A stretch of DNA of 32,000 nt from Candidatus Methylomirabilis limnetica. Lineage in GTDB: Bacteria; Methylomirabilota; Methylomirabilia; Methylomirabilales; Methylomirabilaceae. The notes below the pieces were generated by a model. The model had not been told where the DNA came from. It ran no database searches and saw only the letters and a program-made list of their open reading frames with translations. Position numbers and translations under genes: made by a program. The stretch is taken from NCBI RefSeq assembly GCF_003044035.1, contig NZ_NVQC01000024.1, positions 32,773-64,772 on the forward strand, written 5' to 3'. This document shows, in pieces, positions 26,354-32,000 of this stretch (position 1 is its first letter; each line of letters begins with the position of its first letter).

Positions 26354-26782
26354 TTATTCGCCCATTACCTGGAGTTGGATCTGCCGGTCTCTTGGCCCGT
26401 CCAGCTCGGCGAAGATAATCGACTCAAAGGTGCCGAGACTCATCTCCCCGTCCACCACAGGAATCGAAAGCTGTCGGCCAAGCAGGAGGGAGCGAAGGTG
26501 CGAGTCGGCGTTGCTTCGATCACAATCAGAGTAATTTGGATCGTTGTGGCGATAGCCGTCATGCTCATTGATCAGGCGGTCCAGCAGGAGCTGGATGTCA
26601 TGAAGTAGAGCCTCCTGCCACTCATTGATGAACAATGCAGTCGTCGTGTGAAGGGAACTGAGGGTGAGCAACCCCTGTTTGATCTCATGCCGCTGAAGAA
26701 GATCTCGCACACGCTTTGTCAGATCCGTGAACTGGAGTCGCTCCTCCGTAGTCACCGTAAAGGTTTCGTGCCTGATCACCAT
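26354..26782 (-). CDS. yjbQ: YjbQ/UPF0047 family protein (secondary thiamine-phosphate synthase-like)
   Basis: 142 aa from ATG 26782, with GGAGGGAGG upstream. Family-typical blocks are LHTTTALFINE, DGYRHND and NADSHLRSLLLG. Confidence 0.8.
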   Translation of the reverse strand: MVIRHETFTVTTEERLQFTDLTKRVRDLLQRHEIKQGLLTLSSLHTTTALFINEWQEALLHDIQLLLDRLINEHDGYRHNDPNYSDCDRSNADSHLRSLLLGRQLSIPVVDGEMSLGTFESIIFAELDGPRDRQIQLQVMGE

Positions 26783-26932
26783 GCCTCCCTCCGTTGATTT
26801 GCCGAACTCTTCACAGAGATGCCTACCGCCAAAGACAGCAACATCCCCACCCCTCAAACCCAGACTTATACCACTCTCGGCTATAAACGCGATCCCTCCA
26901 TACTGACTTCACGCCCGCTCGCCTTGAGTCAG

Positions 26933-27394
26933 CTACCAGTCAGCGTGGAGGTCAGGCCGCTGCTTCAGCGCCTCCGCTAGTGGCGTCATCAGGCGATCCT
27001 TTCCGTACACGAAGCCGCCCCTGTTGTAGGAGGCAAGCTCGTACTGTTTCCCCAGCACAATCGCCTCCTCCGGGCAGGCCTCCTCACAGTAGCCGCAAAA
27101 GATGCAGCGCAGCATATGGATCTTGTACACCTTCGCGTAGCGCTCACCCCTGGAGTGACGCTCTTGCTCGGTGTTCTCGGCTGCCTCAACATAGATCGCA
27201 TCGGCAGGACAGGCGACGGCGCACAGTTCACAGCCCACACACCGCTCCATCCCGTCCTCTCCCACCACGAGCATGTGCAGACCACGGTAGCGAGGCGCAA
27301 GCGGTAGCCGCTCTTCCGGATAGGAGACCGTCACCGGCTTCCGGAAGATATGCTTGAATGTCGTCGCCAGCCCCTTGAGAATCTCGCCAATCAT
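26933..27394 (-). CDS. nuoI: NADH-quinone oxidoreductase subunit I (NuoI/TYKY, 2x[4Fe-4S])
   Basis: Canonical N-terminus MIGEILKGLATTFKHIFRKPVTVSYPEE and two ferredoxin motifs, CVGCELCAVACP and CIFCGYCEEACP. The start is at ATG 27394 with AAGGGTGG upstream. The ORF-track extension runs into the repeat element. Confidence 0.9.
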   Translation of the reverse strand: MIGEILKGLATTFKHIFRKPVTVSYPEERLPLAPRYRGLHMLVVGEDGMERCVGCELCAVACPADAIYVEAAENTEQERHSRGERYAKVYKIHMLRCIFCGYCEEACPEEAIVLGKQYELASYNRGGFVYGKDRLMTPLAEALKQRPDLHADW

Positions 27395-27412
27395 CGTCGC
27401 CACCCTTGACGC

Positions 27413-27575
27413 GTAACTACTCAGGTGTTTAGACTGAAGGCTGAAGACTGAAGGTTCTAAATTGCCTCGCAAGGCACGAGTCGAGCCATTCAAGACCTTT
27501 TCGGAGTTTTATATGATCACGCATGACTTACCCCTAAAAGCCTTCAGCCTTCAGCCTATCTACCTGAGTAGCTAC
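27413..27575. mobile_element. MITE-like element: about 35-bp terminal inverted repeats containing CTGAAGG heptamers, flanked by an 8-9 bp direct duplication
   Basis: The left end is GTAACTACTCAGGTGTTTAGACTGAAGGCTGAAGACTGAAGG. The reverse complement of the right end is GTAGCTACTCAGGTAGATAGGCTGAAGGCTGAAGG. (C)CTTGACGC occurs immediately outside both ends (27404-27412 and 27575-27583). No ORF lies inside. Confidence 0.7.
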
Positions 27576-27599
27576 CTTGACGCAACACGCGCGACTTCC

Positions 27600-28145
27600 C
27601 TATGCCGTCCTTCGCCAAGGGAGGTGGAAGAGGCCCTGGCTGCTCGGCCGTTCCTTGGCGATCTTTTCCTGCAACAGCATGATCCCATGGATCAGCTGCT
27701 CCGGCCTGGGCGGGCAGCCGGGAACATAGACATCCACCGGAACAACCTGATCCACACCCTGAACGATGGTATAGGTGTTGAAGATTCCGCCGCAGGAGGC
27801 ACACGCGCCCATGGCGATCACCCACTTTGGCTCAGGCATCTGATCGTAGATCCGTCTCAGGACTGGGGCCATCTTGCGGCTCACGCGGCCGGCCACAATC
27901 ATCAGGTCGGACTGACGTGGCGACCCACGAAAGACCTCCGCCCCGAATCTGGCAAGATCGAAACGCGACGCGCCCGTTGCCATCATCTCAATAGCACAGC
28001 AGGCAAGCCCGAAGCTCGCCGGCCAGATCGACGACTTCCTCGCCCAATTGATCAGGCTATCCAGGGTTGTGAGGAGGAGGCCCCGCTCAAATTCCTCCGC
28101 TTCGGCCTTGGAGGGCAGGATGTCGTTCTCCGTCAACTGAAGCAT
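27600..28145 (-). CDS. nuoB: NADH-quinone oxidoreductase subunit B (NuoB/PSST, N2 cluster)
   Basis: Motifs [18 protein letters not shown] and GCPPRPE carry all four N2 cysteines. 181 aa, with GAGGA 8 nt upstream of the ATG. Confidence 0.9.
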   Translation of the reverse strand: MLQLTENDILPSKAEAEEFERGLLLTTLDSLINWARKSSIWPASFGLACCAIEMMATGASRFDLARFGAEVFRGSPRQSDLMIVAGRVSRKMAPVLRRIYDQMPEPKWVIAMGACASCGGIFNTYTIVQGVDQVVPVDVYVPGCPPRPEQLIHGIMLLQEKIAKERPSSQGLFHLPWRRTA

Positions 28146-28158
28146 ACGATGTATCCTC

Positions 28159-28306
28159 GTAACTACTTAGGTGTTCAGGCTGAAGGTTGAAGGTGATGCA
28201 TTATCTCGCACAGCACAAATCAAATGCCAGAAGTTTTTTGCGATCACTGCTTTATACCTAACAGCCTTCAGTCTTCAGCCTTCAGTCTATCTACCTGAAT
28301 TGTGAC
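28159..28306. mobile_element. second, more diverged copy of the CTGAAGG-armed element
   Basis: The left end is GTAACTACTTAGGTGTTCAGGCTGAAGGTTGAAGG. The right arm is CCTTCAGTCTTCAGCCTTCAGTCTATCTACCTGAATTGTGAC. The internal part is recognisably homologous to copy 1 (ATTATCTCGCACAGCAC versus ATTGCCTCGCAAGGCAC). I can see no flanking duplication. Confidence 0.6.
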
Positions 28307-28308
28307 AA

Positions 28309-28611
28309 TCAGCAACCACAGTCCGCCTTCGGGTTGGGGTTCTTCAGGCTGAAGCCGGCCCCCTGTAAGCCGTCGATATAGTCGATCTCGGAGCCGGCCA
28401 GGTAGGTGTAGCTCTGCGGGTCCACCAGGACCTTGACACCGTTCGTCTCGAAGACTTGATCGGCCGCCTGGGGGTGGTCGAACTCCATCTCGTAGGAGAG
28501 GCCGGAGCAGCCACCGCCGATGACGCGGACGCGCAAGCCTTCTTCAGAATTCTCCTGCGTCTTGAGCAAATCAGCCACTTTCGTTGCAGCCGACTCGGTA
28601 AGGGTAATCAT
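28309..28611 (-). CDS. iscA: A-type iron-sulfur cluster carrier (IscA/ErpA/HesB family)
   Basis: 100 aa from ATG 28611, with AAGGAGG 6 nt upstream. The family cysteines are in GGGCSG and the C-terminal DCGC. The ORF-track N-terminal extension is unsupported. Confidence 0.88.
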   Translation of the reverse strand: MITLTESAATKVADLLKTQENSEEGLRVRVIGGGCSGLSYEMEFDHPQAADQVFETNGVKVLVDPQSYTYLAGSEIDYIDGLQGAGFSLKNPNPKADCGC

Positions 28612-28710
28612 TGGGACCTCCTTATTATTGAGAGCTTTTGGTCGACGCCTCGGCTCCTCGCGAAGAGCTCGTGCCGTTAGCTCACACGAACTATGGCACA
28701 CCTTCGACAC

Positions 28711-30348
28711 CTACATCGTGCTGATAAACTGCCCGCTACTTAATCCCTGCACAAGCTTGTAATAATGGTAGTGAATGATACAGTTTACGATGTATCCGCT
28801 TACAAAACTTGGCAGGGTTTCTACCTTTAATGCCCGCCATAGTCGTTGGCAATACTCGCGTCGTAAATCCTTCTCCTTAACGCTCTTGATAAGCCGGTAC
28901 ATTAACACTACCGCAACAGCGGCATTCATGACCTCATACTTCACTCGCAGCCATGGATGCCGTTTCAAGTACTTCACGCCGCCTAACTGTCCCTGTCCCA
29001 AATACCCCCTAAGATACAGTGCCTCTAAACGGTAAAAGTACGCATTGACATCATACACCGATTGCATGGTACTGATATAGCCATCCAGCAGTTGCCGACG
29101 GCTTAGGTTCTGCGGAATGACATTTGTCCCAAATTCTGTGATATCAGACGGATCGAGACGACCTTCCTTGTTTAATCGGTCATACAAGGGTGTTTTAGGG
29201 GTGGCATAGAGTAACCCGATCATCGCGTGAGGAATATAGGCCTCTGAGAGGAACTCCTGTTGCGCTCGGAAGATCGTCGCATCGTCATGATCGAATCCAA
29301 CAATCATGCCACAGGTGACCTCAATACCGGCGCGCTGAATTATATGTACGCGATCCAGAAGACTGCCCGCCGCCGGCCTGACATTGTGATGCTTCTTCGT
29401 CTCGCGTAACGAGTCTTCATTTGGAGTCTCAATTCCGATAAAGAGCCCTTCGATGTTCGCATCGGTCATCAAGCCCATAAGCTCGTCGTCTTCCGCTAGA
29501 TCGAGCGTGGCTTCCGTAAAGAACCTAAATGGATATGCGTACTCCTCTTGATACTTGACGATGTCTCTGAGCACAACTTTAATGGCAGCCTTATTCCCAA
29601 TGAGATTGTCGTCGACGATGAACACTTGTTTCACGCGTTGAACACGCAAACTGTCGAGTTCTGCCAGAACTTGCGCGCTCGTTTTTAATCGGGGGAGACG
29701 TCCAAAGGTTACAATGATGTCACAAAATTCGCAAAGGAAGGGACAGCCCCGGGAGATTTGAATACCCGCATAAAAGTAATCCTGCATCTTAAGTAGATCA
29801 AAGCGTGGCGTGGGAACGCGGGTCATGTCCGATCTTGTGCTTTGTTCGTAGCGTCGTTTCCACCTACCCGCTTGCCAATCATGTAAGAATGCGGGCCACG
29901 ATTCTTCCGCTTCTCCCACAAATATGACGTCCGCCAAATCTTCAAAGTAGTCTTCCTGGACCGTAACCCACGCGCCCCCGACAACCGTAAAGCAGCCCCG
30001 CTTCTTCAATTCGCAAAGAATGTGTTTCATGCGGAAACGCTGAACACTCATCCCGGTCACGCCAATAATGTCCATGTCCGCCAAGGCGTCATAGTTAATG
30101 GACTCTACGTTTTCATCAATCAGCGTAACCACATACTCCTGTGGCGTCAGCGCTGCGAGCAGCGGCAGCGCCGCGACCGGCGTGATCGCCCGCTTGCCGA
30201 CGATGGCTAATGCATACTCTTGCCCCCAAAATGAAACCTCAAATCGTGGACTAATGATCGCAATGCGAGTAATGCCTTCTCGTCCACCTTGTGTGCGCCG
30301 GGGTTTCTCTTGGGCCTCCTCAAGGGCCATCGAGGTTTCCTTTTTCAT
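28711..30348 (-). CDS. B12-binding-domain radical SAM protein with long C-terminal extension (DUF4070-type architecture suspected)
   Basis: N-terminal Rossmann-like B12-binding region (IAIISPRF..., IIGVTGMS) and radical SAM motif SRGCPFLCEFCD. The C-terminal domain of about 150 aa is rich in Tyr/Leu. Hand counts on five 60-nt lines give 38-50% G+C, against 60-65% in the neighbouring genes. The start is ATG 30348 or ATG 30330 (MALEE...; the latter has AAGGAA upstream). Confidence 0.75.
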   Translation of the reverse strand: MKKETSMALEEAQEKPRRTQGGREGITRIAIISPRFEVSFWGQEYALAIVGKRAITPVAALPLLAALTPQEYVVTLIDENVESINYDALADMDIIGVTGMSVQRFRMKHILCELKKRGCFTVVGGAWVTVQEDYFEDLADVIFVGEAEESWPAFLHDWQAGRWKRRYEQSTRSDMTRVPTPRFDLLKMQDYFYAGIQISRGCPFLCEFCDIIVTFGRLPRLKTSAQVLAELDSLRVQRVKQVFIVDDNLIGNKAAIKVVLRDIVKYQEEYAYPFRFFTEATLDLAEDDELMGLMTDANIEGLFIGIETPNEDSLRETKKHHNVRPAAGSLLDRVHIIQRAGIEVTCGMIVGFDHDDATIFRAQQEFLSEAYIPHAMIGLLYATPKTPLYDRLNKEGRLDPSDITEFGTNVIPQNLSRRQLLDGYISTMQSVYDVNAYFYRLEALYLRGYLGQGQLGGVKYLKRHPWLRVKYEVMNAAVAVVLMYRLIKSVKEKDLRREYCQRLWRALKVETLPSFVSGYIVNCIIHYHYYKLVQGLSSGQFISTM

Positions 30349-30356
30349 AACGAGAA

Positions 30357-30398
30357 CGGTTCGCTATCGTATCGCCGATCTACACATACGACGAACCG
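30357..30398 (-). other. intercistronic stem-loop between the cysteine desulfurase and radical SAM genes
   Basis: CGGTTCG (30357-30363) pairs with CGAACCG (30392-30398) and TCGTAT (30367-30372) pairs with ATACGA (30386-30391), with a 3-nt bulge and a 13-nt loop. Confidence 0.5.
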
Positions 30399-30420
30399 CG
30401 TGTCTCTCACGCCATCCCCC

Positions 30421-31647
30421 TTAGCATGCGTGAAGACTCCTTTGCGTACCTTTTACGTCGATCCCCTCAAGCGCCATGTCGTACAAGGGTGAAAGCGCCC
30501 GCAGACGAGCCACGCTCTCTATCACCCTCGCGGAGACATAGTCCACCTCTTCCTCAGTATTCGACCGGCCGAAGCCGAAACGGATGCTGGCGTGCGCCAG
30601 CTCTGCGTTCAGACCGAGCGCCAGCAGGACGTACGAGGGCTCAAGCGTAGCGCTGGTGCAGGCAGAACCGGAGGAGACGGCAATCCCCTTGAGTGCCATG
30701 AGCAGCGACTCCCCCTCGACAAACCCAAACGACACATTCAGGTTGCCGGGAAGGCGATCGGTCGGATGACCGTTAAGGTGCAGGTAATCAAGCTTGGACC
30801 AGAGGTCATTCCGCAAGCGCTCTCGAAGCGCGAGGAGCCGCGCAGGCTCGGTCTGAAGCTCACGCTCGGCGAGGGCGCAGGCCGCGCCGAAACCGACGCA
30901 TCCGGGAACATTGATCGTCCCGGAGCGACGGCCCTTCTCGTGGCCGCCCCCATCCATCTGGGGGACTAGCTTGACGCGAGGCTTTGTCATCCGCACATAG
31001 AGCGCGCCCACTCCCTTCGGGCCATAACATTTATGCGCCGACGCCGAGAGGAGATCGACCTGCCAGTCGTCCACCGAGAGCGGCAGTTTGCCCACATACT
31101 GGGCGGCGTCGGTATGAAACAGTACGCCGTGGCGCTTAGCAATCCGGCCAATCTCAACAATCGGTTGCAGCGTCCCGATTTCGTTGTTCGCCGCCATGAT
31201 TGATATAAGAATCGTTTCCTTCCTGATCGCTCGCTCTACGTCGCCCGGATCGACCCGCCCCGTTCGATCTACCGGAAGGTAGGTGACCTGACAGCCCTCC
31301 TGTTCCAGTCGCTTACAGGTGTCGAGGACGGCGTGATGCTCAATCCGAGAAGTGATGAGGTGCCGACCCTTCTCCCGGTAGGCGGCGGCCACCCCTTTTA
31401 TAGCGAGATTATTCGACTCCGTGGCGCCGCTCGTCCAGACGATCTCCGCCGCTTTACAGCCAAGTAAGTGTGCGACCTGGGCACGGGCTTGTTCCACTGC
31501 CTCCTCGGCCACCCAGCCAAAAGGGTGGCTGCGAGAGGCCGGGTTGCCGAACCGCTCACAGAAGTACGGACGCATCGCCTCGAACACCTCCGGGGCGACT
31601 GGCGTAGTCGCCAGATGATCCATGTAGATCGGAAGAGTGATTGCCAT
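30421..31647 (-). CDS. iscS: class I cysteine desulfurase (IscS/NifS-type, PLP-dependent)
   Basis: PLP lysine in [12 protein letters not shown] and the active-site loop SSGSACTS. Also [15 protein letters not shown] and an IscS-like C-terminal tail. 408 aa. Confidence 0.9.
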   Translation of the reverse strand: MAITLPIYMDHLATTPVAPEVFEAMRPYFCERFGNPASRSHPFGWVAEEAVEQARAQVAHLLGCKAAEIVWTSGATESNNLAIKGVAAAYREKGRHLITSRIEHHAVLDTCKRLEQEGCQVTYLPVDRTGRVDPGDVERAIRKETILISIMAANNEIGTLQPIVEIGRIAKRHGVLFHTDAAQYVGKLPLSVDDWQVDLLSASAHKCYGPKGVGALYVRMTKPRVKLVPQMDGGGHEKGRRSGTINVPGCVGFGAACALAERELQTEPARLLALRERLRNDLWSKLDYLHLNGHPTDRLPGNLNVSFGFVEGESLLMALKGIAVSSGSACTSATLEPSYVLLALGLNAELAHASIRFGFGRSNTEEEVDYVSARVIESVARLRALSPLYDMALEGIDVKGTQRSLHAC

Positions 31648-31721
31648 TGGGTGATCCTATTCCTTTACCGCCTTCTCCGGGCTCTGCCCGCAACCAATTT
31701 CATTCTCGTCGAGGGTCGATA

Positions 31722-31804
31722 CCCCGCGGCTTGCCGCGAGTTCGTAATACCGGCGGAAGCCGGTATCCAGCGGGCCCGACTGGATTCCGTGTCAAGCACG
31801 GAAT
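31722..31804. repeat. REP-like cluster of three short perfect hairpins
   Basis: CGCGG-CTTG-CCGCG lies at about 31725-31738. ATACCGGC-GGAA-GCCGGTAT is at 31747-31766 and ATTCCGTG-TCAAG-CACGGAAT at 31784-31804, linked by CCAG...CTGG. This resembles the widespread element type that translates as ...IPAEAGIQ.... Confidence 0.7.
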
Positions 31805-31850
31805 GACGGGCCAGAACAGAAGACGATACCCCATAGATTGCTGCGGGGTA

Positions 31851-31872
31851 GTTAATTCTAACTTAATTCTAA
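31851..31872. promoter_or_regulatory. AT-rich 11-bp tandem direct repeat in the divergent promoter region
   Basis: GTTAATTCTAA CTTAATTCTAA, with a period of 11 bp (about one helical turn). It lies between the iscS-led operon and the plus-strand gene at the right edge. On the minus strand each unit contains TAGAAT. Confidence 0.35.
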
Positions 31873-31935
31873 GGGCTCTTCGCGTAATCGAGTGGGTGAA
31901 TTTAACATGAAATCCTCTGTAAGCCTTGTGGCATC

Positions 31936-31944
31936 TGGTAAAAT
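31936..31944 (+). promoter_or_regulatory. candidate extended -10 element (TGGTAAAAT) for the plus-strand gene at the right edge
   Basis: It matches the TGnTAnAAT pattern about 40 nt upstream of ATG 31984. No convincing -35 was found. Confidence 0.3.
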
Positions 31945-31983
31945 CCGGTCTGCACCCCTTGCAGAAAACGGGAGGATTTCTCA

Positions 31984-32000
31984 ATGGCTATTTCAACCAA
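31984..32000 (+). CDS. start of an unidentified plus-strand gene (5 codons visible)
   Basis: ATG at 31984 is preceded by GGGAGGA with a 7-nt spacer (MAIST...). This is the only plus-strand coding start I can support in the window. Confidence 0.4.

Noticed and set aside
28612-28710. N-terminal extension of iscA, or a small radical-SAM (RiPP) precursor peptide between the rSAM gene and iscA
   Set aside because: The open frame from GTG 28710 is contiguous with iscA, but a strong AAGGAGG sits 6 nt before ATG 28611 and IscA homologues start at MITLTE. The 33 extra residues are Arg/Cys/Ser-rich with no leader or core pattern.
28711-30348. Naming the B12-radical SAM protein as a hopanoid methylase (HpnP/HpnR) or BchE-type cyclase
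   Set aside because: Those families share the same domain order, so it was tempting, but I cannot discriminate subfamilies by eye. There are no hopanoid or bacteriochlorophyll genes nearby. The function is left unassigned.

Overview
Bacterial chromosomal window of roughly 58-60% G+C, judged by eye and a few hand counts. The gene content is the futalosine menaquinone pathway, System I cytochrome c maturation and an alpha2beta2-type 2-oxoacid dehydrogenase. Together with the composition this would fit an NC10/Methylomirabilis-like lineage, but that is only a guess.

All 32 complete protein genes I can support lie on the minus strand, and many are joined by overlapping stop/start codons. In transcription order (right to left) they are:
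- a class I cysteine desulfurase
- a low-GC B12-binding radical SAM gene
- an IscA-type carrier
- an isolated nuoB and nuoI pair
- yjbQ
- fdhD
- a PHP phosphoesterase
- lipA-pdhA-pdhB-E2-lpdA-lipB
- an HD-GYP response regulator
- ccmABCDEFGH
- a short CcmI-like protein
- mqnE
- a HigB/HigA-type toxin-antitoxin pair
- mqnC
- rtcB
- rmuC
- thiC, with a TPP riboswitch and terminator
- an M24B Xaa-Pro peptidase

ccmD and several true start codons are not in the supplied ORF track and were derived from the sequence.

The most unusual content is non-coding. 13 of the 21 spacers longer than 70 nt carry hairpin-forming repeat elements belonging to several unrelated families:
- 9-bp GGTCTAT-type units (3 loci, 5 conserved apex motifs)
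- GTTGAAC heptamers
- CTGAAGG heptamer-armed elements; one copy looks like a MITE, with an 8-9 bp target-site duplication
- AGGGT heptamers
- AGCTATT heptamers
- GCGT-initiated 9-mers
- G/C-rich nested palindromes
- a CCGG/CACGG hairpin pair

Same-family repeats bracket single genes (rmuC, ccmH, nuoB), and several elements abut stop or start codons.

No rRNA, tRNA, CRISPR array, transposase, integrase or recognisable defence gene was seen apart from the toxin-antitoxin pair. All homology calls come from motif recognition in the translations; no searches were run.
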